DNA of 25,664 nt, from positions 1 through 25,664 of the forward strand of contig JAIVFI010000050.1 of NCBI GenBank assembly GCA_025558095.1. Reading direction: 5' to 3'. The notes beneath the pieces were generated by a model. That model ran no database searches. It was not told the origin of the DNA and saw nothing but the letters and a program-made list of their open reading frames with translations. Made by a program: the position numbers and the translations under genes. Shown one piece after another: positions 9,646 through 19,893 of this stretch (within the stretch, counting starts at the first letter, position 1; each line of letters starts with the position of its first letter). The DNA is from Hyaloraphidium curvatum SAG 235-1. Its lineage: Eukaryota; Fungi; Monoblepharomycota.

Positions 9646-11604
9646 TCATCCACCGGCGAGCACACGCACTCCCCCGGCGCGTGGCCTTCCGCGCACAACC
9701 GCCCGCATCGAGTCGGCAAAGCCCAATACGCCGACCTCGGCGCCCCTGAACACCATGTTGGAGCTCTTCCTGAGCGTGAGCGCCGACGCGCGCGGCAGCT
9801 CGGCCTCCGTCCTGCGGTCGAGGGTCCATGACCTGGCTCGCGAGCCGGGTGATCCGGTTGTGCGCCGGGCGGACGGCGGGGGCGTCGGGAGGGTCGAGGT
9901 GCAGCACGCCCCACCTCCTTGGGAGCCCCGCCGTCGGCCGCCCCGGGAATCAGCGCCGCGTGCCCCTCCGTCTTCGATCACCACCGCCACCGGATGCGCC
10001 TTGTCCGCAGGGGTTTCCGGGCGGCCCCCGCTTCCGGCGGCCGGGGCGGCGCCCTCCGGGACATTCCCAACAACCGAAGGATCCGAATCCGGGGCAGGGG
10101 CGGTCACCTCCCGTTTTGCGCCAAGGGCCCCGCTCCGGCAAGCGCCTTGTCAAGACCTTGTGCCCCCATAGTCCATTCCGTCGGGTTGGACTTGATCGAA
10201 TCGACGAAGCACTTTTTCCTGCTCGTGCATGCCGAACTTTTCGAACTCGAGCAGTTCCCCTCGTTGATCTGGAGCAGCCAGTCGCGGTATTCCTGTGGGA
10301 TATCCGCATGAGCCCGTGCATCATCGATCGCCCAGCCGCCCTGTTGACCACGTACCGGGGTTGCAGTACTTGAGGATCCCACGGATGGTCCATCGCGTCC
10401 CACCGCCGTCATCCCCCGCTCCGCCCCGGGTCCGTCTTCAAACAACCGCGAGATGAAGTCCTTCGCCTCGGGCGACACGCCCTTCTCGAACGAGCGGTGG
10501 AAGGTCCCACCTGCCCTGCTTGACGTTGGTCGTTGAGCAGTGCGGCTGGCGCGGCGAAGAAGGGGTTGATCCCGCTCAGGAGCGTGTAGACCACCACGCC
10601 CGAGCGAGTAGACGTCGGCGGGCTTGCCGAGGTAGGGCTTCTTGGCCACGATTTTTCTGTGTCCACGGCCCGTCAGTGAGGGCGACTTACTCCGACCGGA
10701 ATGAGCATGTCCACGCCACCCGGCGCCTGGTTAGTTAGAGCGTCCCCGACCCGCCATTCCTCTTCCTTCTGGAAACGACGACCCTGGCGACTCCGAAAAT
10801 CGACGAGGAGCATCTCCGACATGACCGTCTTGTCCTTGAACAGGATGTTTGGCCGTCTTGATGTCCAGATGCCGCGACGTCGTGGGCAGTGCATGAAGGC
10901 CCACGGCACCAAAGAGCGTGGCGGCAATGGCCGCGGCATCGCTCCTCGGTGTAGCGGGGCCCCTTCCTGACCAGGCGCTCGAGGAGCTCCCCCGCCCGTG
11001 GCTGCCAAACTCCGTGAGCATCCCTCGAAGGCCGGTCTGGAGGCCGGACAAACACCGAACCCAGCTCGAACACCATGTGGTACGAAGACTTGGTGTAGAA
11101 CCAGTCCACAGCTGCACGATGTTGGGATGCTGCAGCCCGCGGAGCACCTCGAGCTCCCTGGGTCTCGAGGACCCGCAACGCCGGCGCCGCGGCGCCGTCT
11201 TGAGCGCGTAGTGCCGGCCCTGGGCACGTGCTCGACCCCCTCGACGACGGTGCCCCTGCGCGCCCGTCGCCCAGCGCGCCGCCACGGCGCGGTACTCGGC
11301 GGCGCGGTGCGGGCCCGTGTTCGGCGCGTCGGGGTCCGGCGGGAGCGACGAGACGGACCGAGCTGGTGCCGCGCCGGGGGAGGCCGGCCTGCGGTTGCGA
11401 CGGGCGCCGCGTGAATATCCTGTCCAGGATACCATTCCCGCCGGGCCGGGGCCCGTTTCCGGGCTCGACAGGGGGTGGTCGGGCACAGTCACCCAACCGC
11501 GCGCCGGGTTTAAGGACGGAATCCCGGACCTTTCTCTCGGGGGCAATCCGCATCCCCATCAGCTCCCTGTGGCGAGATCGGAAGCCTTTCGGAACCGATG
11601 GCAT
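9646..11604 (-). CDS. CAMK-group Ser/Thr protein kinase (many indels; both ends approximate)
   Basis: Subdomains recoverable across frames: GxGAQGTV, YALK, RELEVLRGLQHPNIVQL, HMVFEL|ATGGELL (intron 11002-11060), HLDIKTANILF, LVDFGVA, AP|E, KPADVYSLGVVVYTLLSGINPF, SPEAKDFISRLL and DHPW. A further intron lies at 10293-10355, followed by a low-complexity tail. Confidence 0.82.
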
Positions 11605-11780
11605 ACCGCATCGGATCAGGCTTCATTGATCCGCGCCCTTTCTTCTGGCGCCCGCAGGAGCTGTATTCCTTGGAGCAGATCAGTCTCTGCCAGAAGCGAC
11701 GGCCGACGCGCCAAAGCTGCTCGCCCGACGCTCTAGTGCCCCTCTTACAATCCGATCGGAAACATTGACCCGCTCAGCGA

Positions 11781-12716
11781 TCAGGACGGCATCATGTCCT
11801 TCCCCCCACCCCTGCATGCCACGACGTCCCTCCCAGTGCGGGAACAGCCTCCCCATCTTGAGCGGCTCCATCTCGGGCCAGGTGCCCAGCACCCCGCACG
11901 CCTTGACCCCAGCTGCCCCACGCGCTCCTCGCCCTGCGGCGTGAAGTGCAAGCCATCGTCCAGGAATTTCGGCCCCCACACATCCGGGGGATCTCCCTGC
12001 CCAGCGGGGTCGCGTTTGCAGCTCGGTCCACAGGTCCAGCACGGCGGCGCCCCCTCCTCCTTTGCCACCCTTTATGCAGGCTTCCGGAGTAGACGCGGGT
12101 GGCGGCGTTGCGCCTGTCCAGCGAGCCCTCGGGGAGCGAGCGGAACTCGCGCTCGCCGGCCGCGGAGGACAGCTGCGCCCAGCCGCGTGGGTTCGTGGAC
12201 CGGCGGCGGGGAGAGCAGCAGGATTCCGCGCGCCGGGCTGAGCGGCCGCGCACGATGGCCGACCAGTCTGCGCAGGTTTCTCCTCTCCGCGAACACTCGG
12301 CGGCCGGCAACGTGCTGCCGCGCGGAATGCGGTGCCCGCGCTCGGCCTCGGGCAAGCGCCGAGTCGTTTGCGCCGAACCACAACCCACCGCGAAGCGCCG
12401 AGCTCCGGCGCGCCCCTGGGCGGCGTACGGCGCGAGGATCGCCGGCGCCGCCGTCGAAGCGCGTTGCGCGTGTTGTAAAACCCCCGCCGAAAACCCGCGG
12501 ATCACACGTCGGCCGCCCCGCGCGTAGAGCAGCGCAAGCCGCGAGCCCCAGCCGTGCGTGCCCCCGCTCCGTCAGCGAGTCGCCCGAAGAGCAGGATGTG
12601 CGGCACCCGCGGGACCACCGGGAACAGCGGCAATCGCGGAGATGGGAGGTGGAGTTTTGATCCCGGGTGAAGGCAAGGTCCCGTCGGCCCGGCACGATTC
12701 CGCCCCCCTGTTCCAT
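11781..12716 (-). CDS. IAH1: SGNH/GDSL hydrolase, isoamyl-acetate-hydrolysing esterase IAH1-like (many indels; start uncertain)
   Basis: Block I ILLFGDSLTE, block II RGFS/GG-TTR, block III FGANDSAL, QHV, ILLLSPPPV, DRRNAATRVYS, VLDLW and block V FLDDGLHFTPQG. C-terminus FPHWRDV...MMPS*. Confidence 0.8.
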
Positions 12717-13155
12717 CTTTCCAGCGAACCTTCTTTCGAACAGGCAAACTGTGGCAACTCGAGTCGGGTGGGTGGCGAACAGTTAGGAATGCTGAACATT
12801 CCGACACGTCGCTGGATGCTCTGCGTTGTCTTCCCGCATCAGCTCTTTCAGGGCAGGCGCCGACGAAGTCCCACGTCATGGTGAAGACAGGCCATCCCGA
12901 CAGCCCCGTCGCATCAAATAAGACCATCACGGCCTATTGGGAAGGAAGACGATGCTCAAAATGATGGATCGAGATTCGGTAGGCTGGAAATCCGGTCCAT
13001 GCGGGCGGTCGATCCGCGCCCTGCCTGCTGTGGAGAGGAGACCTTCCGCTTGTCGTTTCCGCGTCCCTCCGCTCGAAAATCTCGAAACCACTCTCCGACG
13101 CCCGCACACGCTTCCCCTTCCCCGGCCCCCTCAAACCCGACACCCCCGCTTCCCG

Positions 13156-14021
13156 ATGCTCCCCCGTCCCCCGGCGAGCCCTTCCCCGACATCGACTCCC
13201 CCTCCCCGACTCCCGCGGCATCGCTACGCGCCCTGTCGTCCCCTCACGCGCCCCCCCGGCGCGGGTCGACGAGCGCGTTCGGGTTCACCGACGGATATCC
13301 CCCCATTCTGATCTTTCTACCCCCCCGCGGGTCTGTTTTTGCCCGCGGGATCAGCAGCAGATGCGCAACCTGTCGCCGCGCAGGCCGAGTTTCGCGCTGT
13401 CTAGCTGCCAAGATCGCCGCAATCAGCGTCCGACCCGCCCCCGGTGGCTGCCGCCTTTCCGCGCCGGCCTCGGCGCCACCTGGACCTTCCTCTTCGGACC
13501 CGGACCGCGCCCGCGATCAAACGATTCGGCATCCTGGACGCCACCGAGGGCGAGTACCCAGACGTCCCGCGGCCCTTCACCCTCGTCCTCCTCGCCCGGC
13601 CTGGCCGTGCGCAGGGTGTGGGACGGGTGTGGTTTTGCCGGCCGGCCGACGGTGGAGGAGCTCCGGATGGAGGTGCGCCAAGGCCGATGGAGCCGCTTTT
13701 CCAACTACGGCTACGCGGGCGTGGGACAAGGAGGCGGTGAGCAAGATCAGGATCCCCGCGCGCGAGTGGGCGGCGGGGCTTCCGGAGCTGGGAAAGTCGG
13801 GGCTGCCCGTGGCCAGGGGCACCGTGTCGGCGTTCGATCTTGGCACGGGAACGGGACGATCGCGAGGCGGGACGGGGGCGGCGAGGTGTTCTTCAACTTC
13901 ACGGCGATCCCGGGGGACGGGTACCGCACCGTGCGCGCGGGGGACAGGTGGTGTTCGAGGTCGTGGAGAACGCGACGGGCCGACGGCGAGGAATGTTCGG
14001 GCGGACAAGGATGGGGCGTGA
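13156..14021 (+). CDS. Redoxin (AhpC/TSA-like, single Cys) fused to a C-terminal cold-shock domain; bacterial type; several indels
   Basis: Reconstructed across three frames: PGEPFPDI, FGFTDGYPPILIF..RG..FCPRDQQQMRNL, AAISV.P..AAAFRAGLGATWTFL.DPDR..IKRFGILDATEGEYPDVPRPFTLVL, FAGRPTVEELRME, AWDKEAVSKIRIPAREWAAGLPELGKSGLPV. Then a CSD: GTVSAFDLGTGNGTI...EVFFNFTAIPGDGYRTVRAGD.VVFEVVENATGPTARNVR (TGA 14019-14021). No intron evident. Confidence 0.8.
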
Positions 14022-14434
14022 AGGGTGTCGCTGGTGGGATGGCGACAACCCGCTCGCATCGAACACAGCGAGTACTGGAGTTTCTTTGCATCGGTGGACG
14101 TGCCCTCTTCTCTGCAGTCATTTTGAAGGGGTGGATTGCCCACCGGCATGCCGAAATCGCTCACGGATCGCCAATCGTTCGCTCCTCGGTTCCGGGGCTG
14201 GGATAGAAGCGCCCATTGGGGGCTTCCGACCGCAAATCCCCTGCGCATCAAACAAGGAAAGGAAATCGCATGGGTCTGTGGACCGACGCCCTCAAGCACT
14301 TTTCCGGCCACATTCGGCGGCGGAGATAGCCCCGGCTTTGTGTTCGGCAGCTGTGCGGGCTCCCGGCGGCCATTCCGCTGCACCCGTCGATTTCGCGACC
14401 AGTCCTCCCCCACGGCCGAGCGCCCTGCCCGGCG

Positions 14435-16192
14435 ATGTCGTACTACTCCGTGCCGGCGGACGCGGCGGTTGTTGCGCCCGACGACTTTGACCTCGGCACA
14501 GCGCGGCCGGTCGACCCGGCACGCAAGAAGAAGAAGAAGCGGCGGCCGGGCGCCATCGACACGTCGCCGGCCGACCCGTTCGGCGAGTCGCCGTACGCGG
14601 GCGCGGGCGGCGGCGGGTACGGCTCGCCCGTCTACGGGGCGCCGCCGCGCCAGTCGACGTCGTCGTCGTTCGACATGAACGAGGCCACGCGCTCGCTGCG
14701 CGACCCGCGTGCGTACGCCGCGCCGCCGCCCGGCTACGTGCCGTCGTACCGCGCGGAGCCCGGCGACTCGGAGGACCTGCTGGACCCGAACGCAGACTGG
14801 GACCGCCCAAAGAAGGGCCGCCGATCGGGCAGGCCGTCCACGTCGTACGACTCGCTGCTGCCGAAGGCCGGCGCGCAGGGCATCTACGACTCGGAGGGCG
14901 GCCTGCGTGAGCAGCCGCGCAGGAGGAAGCGCCGCAGGGAGTCCAGGCCGTGCTGCTGCGGAAGGTGCACCACGGGGCAGTTCTGGGCCTGGTTCCTCAT
15001 CGTCGCCGGCCTGCTCCTCATCGCCCTCGGCATCGCGCTGTACTTCTGCTGGCCGCGCGTGGGCGAAGTCACGGTGCGCATCCTCCGCCCGCCGGCCGCC
15101 GATCCGATGCTGATGCGCCTTCCGATCGCAGGTCGTCTCGCTGCAGCCCGCCTCCGGCACCCCGCCCACCGTCGCCCTCGAAGGGGGCGGCGTCCGCCTG
15201 CGCGGCGGCATGTCGCTCAACGTCTCGGTGGACCTCCGCAGCAACCTCATCCCGATCTCGCTGTCCTCGCTGTCCCTGGAGATCTTTGCCGCGGACCGGC
15301 GGATCGGCGCGGGCAGGAAGGACGGCGTGTACCTGGAAAAGGGCCAGGTGGACACCGTGGGCATCGACCTGGCGTTCGACTACGTCGCGGGCGGGGATCG
15401 GTCCCCGGCGGCCGCGAAAGCGACGCAGGCGGCGGCGCCGGCGGTCCCGACGAGCTACGTGATCCCGACCGAGCTCGCGGCCCCCGCTCCCCCGCCGCCT
15501 CCGCCTCCTGCGCCCGCACCGGCCCCCGCACCGGCACCGGCGCCCGCCCCCGCAGCCCCCGCCCCGCCCCCGCCCCCGCCGACTGCGCCGCCGGAGGAGG
15601 ATCAGGCCGACGAGGGCGGCGACGACGGGGGCGAGGGCGATCAGCCCGCGGAAAGACCAACCCCCCGCCGACCAACCGCCCCCCGCGTCCCCTCCCCCCG
15701 CCGACAACCCACCTCTCCCGCAAGACTCGGACGAAGGCGACGCGGGGCGACGACGACGGCCCCGACGACCCCGAAGGCACGCAGCGCCTCCTCCGTCGCC
15801 AATCCGCCCTCGCGGACCCCGTCGCCGCGCTGCTCTCGCAGCGCTGCGCGCAGCCCAACGGCACCTTCCCCGTGCGCTACGCCGCCGTCGCCACCCTCGC
15901 CGTGATCCCGGTCCCGCTGCGGTTCGGCGGCACGCGGGAGGTGCCGTGCCCCGATCTCGGGCCGCTGCAGGCGCTGCTGCAGGCCGCGAGCGGGCAGGGG
16001 GAGCTCGGGAAGCTGGCCGAGGGGGTGAAGAAGGGGCTGGACAAGGGCGGGTTCGCGGGCGCCGCGGAGGGGTTCGGGAATCTGCTGGATATGCTCAAGG
16101 AGCTGGCGGCGACGAGCACGGCGGGGGGCGCGGAGCCGACGGGGTCGGCGGTCAGGGGGAGGGAGAAGGTGGCGGCGCCGCCGCCAGAGTAG
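14435..16192 (+). CDS. Single-pass membrane protein with LEA_2-like beta-sandwich ectodomain and Pro/Ala-rich insertion
   Basis: Disordered basic N-terminus, then PCCCGRC, then a hydrophobic helix FWAWFLIVAGLLLIALGIALYFCWPR. Intron 15074-15131 (GTGCGC...GCTGAT...CGCAG). Beta strands follow: LNVSVDLRSNLIPISLSSLSLEIF...IGAG...GVYLEKGQVDTVGIDLAFDY, then after the insertion DPVAALLSQRC...FPVRY...VPCP. Frameshifts near 15195 and 15660-15760. Confidence 0.65.
   Translation: MSYYSVPADAAVVAPDDFDLGTARPVDPARKKKKKRRPGAIDTSPADPFGESPYAGAGGGGYGSPVYGAPPRQSTSSSFDMNEATRSLRDPRAYAAPPPGYVPSYRAEPGDSEDLLDPNADWDRPKKGRRSGRPSTSYDSLLPKAGAQGIYDSEGGLREQPRRRKRRRESRPCCCGRCTTGQFWAWFLIVAGLLLIALGIALYFCWPRVGEVTVRILRPPAADPMLMRLPIAGRLAAARLRHPAHRRPRRGRRPPARRHVAQRLGGPPQQPHPDLAVLAVPGDLCRGPADRRGQEGRRVPGKGPGGHRGHRPGVRLRRGRGSVPGGRESDAGGGAGGPDELRDPDRARGPRSPAASASCARTGPRTGTGARPRSPRPAPAPADCAAGGGSGRRGRRRRGRGRSARGKTNPPPTNRPPRPLPPPTTHLSRKTRTKATRGDDDGPDDPEGTQRLLRRQSALADPVAALLSQRCAQPNGTFPVRYAAVATLAVIPVPLRFGGTREVPCPDLGPLQALLQAASGQGELGKLAEGVKKGLDKGGFAGAAEGFGNLLDMLKELAATSTAGGAEPTGSAVRGREKVAAPPPE
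15478..15592 (+). repeat. Low-complexity coding repeat, poly-Pro and (Pro-Ala)n
   Basis: Encodes APAPPPPPPPAPAPAPAPAPAPAPAAPAPPPPPPTAPP, with degenerate GCACCG/GCCCCC hexamer repeats. Confidence 0.8.
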
Positions 16193-16381
16193 GATGTAAC
16201 GGCGTTGGAAATCGGATTGGTATCTGCCGAACTGAGTGATTGCTGATCCGGACCGCGATCACGTCCAAAGGGCCGATTGATGAAAGAGCGAGGGATATTC
16301 CAAACACCGATACACGCGGTACGACTCGCAGCGCACGAAATAATCTACACCCGCCCCGCACCGGCGGCGGCGGAATAAGCA

Positions 16382-17530
16382 TCAGAGCATGTGGTACTCG
16401 GCCCCCAGCAACCCGGCCTCGAGCGCCTCCACCTCTGCGCGGGCCTCCTCCTCCGGCAGGAGCATCTCCTCCCCCCCTTGCTGCTGCTGCACCGGCGGCG
16501 GGAACATGCCCGGCATGCCGAGGTGCAGGTAGTGGTGGTGCTCGGCAAACAGCGAGGGGAAGAGGTACGGGTGGAAGGAGGGCCACGAGGCGGCGCGGGG
16601 GAGGAGGGGGGAGGGGTGCGGGTACGGCAGGGAGAGCGGGTTGGGCGGCATGAAGGCCGGGGGGTACGAGTAGGCTGTTGCCGCGGCGGCGGCGGCGGCG
16701 GCGGCCGAGGGGTCGAGCAGGGAGAGGGGGTCGAAGGCGGCGCGGTCGGCGACGGCGCGGTCAAAGGCGGCGCGGTAGCTCTCGAAGACGGCGTCGGGGA
16801 GTTCGGGCGCGCCGGCGGGGGAAGGGCGGGGCGGAGAGCGGCGCGGGGGTGTCGGGGGCCGAGGACGAGGCGGGGGAGCCGTCGGGGTCGGGCTTGACCC
16901 CGGGCTCGGTCCGCGAGCGCGCGCGCGGGCGGGGTTTGGCGGGGGACGCGCCGCGGGGGAGGGCGGCGCGGCGCTGGCGCTCGAGGTACTCCTCGGGGCT
17001 GATTTCCCAGGAGCCCTTCTGGCCGGCCTTTTTGCGCGTGGTGCGGAGGCACGGGATGCCCTTTGCGCGGCAGCGCGAGCACGGCGCGGAGGCCCGTCGC
17101 ACCCGCGCCTGGAGGAGGGAAGAGCAGCGTGAGCGAGGGCGGGCGGGGGAGGCGGCGGCGGGACGCGTACCTCGCGAGCCTGCACGACTCGCACGACGAG
17201 CGCATGGGCGCCTGCATCGGCATCCGCTTCTTGCCGCCGCCGGCGACCAGCGCGGGCATCGACGCGGTGCGCATGTGGCCGACGGACGTGAGCAGCGGCG
17301 ACGGCGGCTCCAGCTTGATGCAGGCGTCTTTGCGGGGGTCAGCGGGGGGGCAGAAAAAGGGGGACGGGGGACCCACCGTGGGCGGTGTCGGCGGACGAGG
17401 CGGCGCCGTCCGACGCGGCGCAGTGCCACGCCAAGTCGTCGATCATCCACGTGGCGTCGGTTGCGGCGGGCGAGACGGGCTCGTTTTCGAGGGGCGGCGC
17501 GGGGGGCAGTGCGGCTGCCGGGCGGGCCAT
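16382..17530 (-). CDS. Fungal Zn(II)2Cys6 binuclear cluster transcription factor (start uncertain: 17776, 17530 or 17446)
   Basis: Introns at 17328-17376 (GTGGGT...GCTGAC...AAAG) and 17109-17170 (GTACGC...CTCCAG). With one G restored near 17093 the product reads CESCRLARRGCDGASAPCSRCRAKGIPC = C-x2-C-x6-C-x6-C-x2-C-x6-C. The tail is rich in Ala, Pro, His and Gln and ends GAEYHML*. Confidence 0.85.
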
Positions 17531-17779
17531 CTGCCGTTGGGCGGCGGGGGGCGGGGCGGGGCCGATCGCGGGGGCGATCGGGGCGGGTGACGTGGCGCCC
17601 TCGTCCGCGGCGGCGGCGGCGCGTCGGGCGAGGCCGGCGGCGTGGGGGGCGCGCGGGGGGACCGTGGCGGGCGAGGCCGTGTCGAGCTGGGCGGGGGCGC
17701 GTCGGGCGGGCCGCGGCGCGCGGGGTTTCTCGGCGGGCACTTTGTGCTGCTTCTGCGGGGGTGCCGCGCGCGCCATCGC

Positions 17780-17791
17780 TGCTATATAGCA
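17780..17791. promoter_or_regulatory. TATA-like element (palindrome TGCTATATAGCA) upstream of the Zn2Cys6 gene
   Basis: The only TATATA I noticed in this very GC-rich stretch, about 250 nt upstream of ATG 17530. Confidence 0.4.
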
Positions 17792-18950
17792 CGCGGGAAC
17801 CGTGGAAACGGGGCGGGGGCCACAGCGGGCGAGGCAAAGCCCCAGCCACCCTTCCGGGTCCAAGCCCTTCTTCCATTCGAACCCGCGCTATGTCGTCGCC
17901 CCCAGGGGCCGCCACACGACGTCAGGGGCCCCTGCGCCGCACAGCGCGCTTGGCAACCTCCGTGCCGACCCGGAGAAAATTGGGCACGGGCCCCGGGACG
18001 CCCCCGGGCGGCCCCCGCTGTCGGCCGTTCGCGCCCTTCCAGGCCGCCCGGGATTGGAAGCGATAGACGGCGGCCCATCGGAAATCGCATCCGCCGCCGC
18101 ATCCGACTGCGGAAACCTCTCCATCGATGTTACATCGCACCTCAATCCGCGCGTCGGGGCGCGGGAGCATGCATCCCGCGCTCCCACGAAGGACCGACAT
18201 GGTCGAGGGTTGCCGCACGGTGACGTACGTCGCATCCAGGCCCCGCAGGGCCGCCGGGCCGCCCGACGCCGCCGGTCGCCGCCGGCCCGCGCCCCGCAGC
18301 CCCGCGCGCGCGCTGCCCCTCCGAGGCCGCCGTTCGCGGGAGCCGCGGAGGTTCCCTACGGTTCCCGGGGCCTCCCACCGCGGGAGGCGGTCCCTGTGCA
18401 CGGCCGGCGCAAGGGCCCCCGCCGCCCCCGAACCGGCCAAAGCACGCACCAACCATGCCGCTGTGCTCGATTGGCCGCCGATCCGCATTCCCGGACCGAC
18501 CCTTTGCCCGTGCGCACCGCCGTCCTTCACATCCCCTCGAACAGTCCCCCCCGTCCGCTCCGTACGGCCCCGCCGTACGCCTCGGCAAAAGCCCCTCCTT
18601 AGGCACCATCCAACAACCGCGCGGCTTTCATTTCCCCCCCGACGCGCGCGAAATCGATCGCGAGGGAGTCGGGGACGGCGATGACCCCGGATGACGGGGA
18701 CGCGGTGACGGACGCGTGGTGCGGCATGGGTTGCCGTATGGGGCGGTGCTCCGGCGGCCACCGTCGTCTCGGGGCTACCGGACGGGAGGATGGAGGAGTC
18801 GGCGGAGCGGATGGTCTCTGCTCGATTGCATGTCTGCCGTGCGACGGCGACTCCCCCGACTGCCCATCGAAGTCCTCGGTCCATGCAGCAGTGGATGGCC
18901 GTACAGGGTTGCACAGCTCCCACAGCGTCTCGTCAAGGACCGGACCCGCG

Positions 18951-19893
18951 ATGCCCGGGTCGACCAGGGCCCCGCTCGCCATCCGCGTGGTATCGCACAA
19001 CATCCGCTTCGTCCCCCCCGAGGCCGTCGGCCGGCCGCCGCTCGCGCACGCCTCGGCGGCCCTGCACGAGCCGGACTGGACGGCGCGGCTGCCGCTGCTC
19101 GCGAAGCAGTTCCGGTTCCTGGCGCGCCACCCGTGGGCGACGTTCCTGTGCCTGCAGGAGGTCATGCGGCACCAGCTCGACGCGCTGCTGGCGGGATTGG
19201 ACGCGGACGGGGACGCGTGGGCCGCCGTCGGCCTCGGCGCGGAGGGCGGCGAGCACGTCCCGGTCCTGTACCGCCCTGCGGAGTTCGACCCCGCGTGGCA
19301 CCGCACGCTGTGGCTCTCCGAGACCCCCGCGGTGCCCGGCTCGCGGGGCTGGGACGCAAAGTACCCGCGGGTCCTCACCTGCGCAGGGTTCGCGCACCGC
19401 GCGACGGGCAGGCACGTCGCGGTGCTGGCGACACATCTGGACCACAGGGGCAAGCTGGCGAGGGAGATGTCGGCGCGGATGATCGGTGCGGTGGTGCGGG
19501 AGCTCTCGGCCCCGGGGCAGGGAGGCGTCCTGTCGGACGACCCGGCGGTGCGCGCCTGGCTGCCGGCGGACATCGTGCTGGTCGCAGGCGACCCTCAACT
19601 CCTTCGAGCCCGACGACCGGTCCTATCCGACCCTGGCCTCCCCCTCCTCCTCGGTCCGCGACGTGCGCACCGCCGTCCCCGAGGCGGACCGCTTCGGCCC
19701 CGCGCGTTCGTGGACGGACTTCCCGCCCGCCCATACCGAGGGCGGCTCCCTCATTGACTTTGTCTTTGCGGGGCCGGCGGAAGGGCTGGGGAAGGCGTGG
19801 AGGGCGGACGGGTACGGCGTCGTGGAGAGCTGGGTGGACGGCGTCTGGTGCAGCGACCACCGGGCCGTGGTGGCGGACGTGACGGTGCTTTGA
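18951..19893 (+). CDS. Endonuclease/exonuclease/phosphatase (EEP) family protein (one frameshift near 19593)
   Basis: Motifs IRVVSHNIR, LCLQEV, GEHVPVLY, TLWLSETPAVPGSRGWDA..PR, THLDH, VAGDLNS (after removing one extra C), IDFVF and SDHRAVVADV*. Confidence 0.9.

Noticed and set aside
12717-13155. Separate small gene between IAH1-like and redoxin-CSD (ORFs 12502-12930 -, 12937-13311 +)
   Set aside because: No recognisable motifs. The size and position fit a divergent promoter/UTR region.
15478-15780. CRISPR-like or satellite array
   Set aside because: Degenerate codon-level repeats inside a CDS, with no fixed repeat-spacer periodicity.
18681-18950. In-frame 90-codon N-terminal extension of the EEP gene
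   Set aside because: The sequence is not protein-like and the domain begins right after ATG 18951. It is probably an open frame by chance.
18951-19893. EEP domain as a LINE retrotransposon endonuclease
   Set aside because: There is no adjacent reverse transcriptase, poly(A) tail or target-site duplication, and the WLSETP..PGS.GWDA motif belongs to the stand-alone cellular EEP type.
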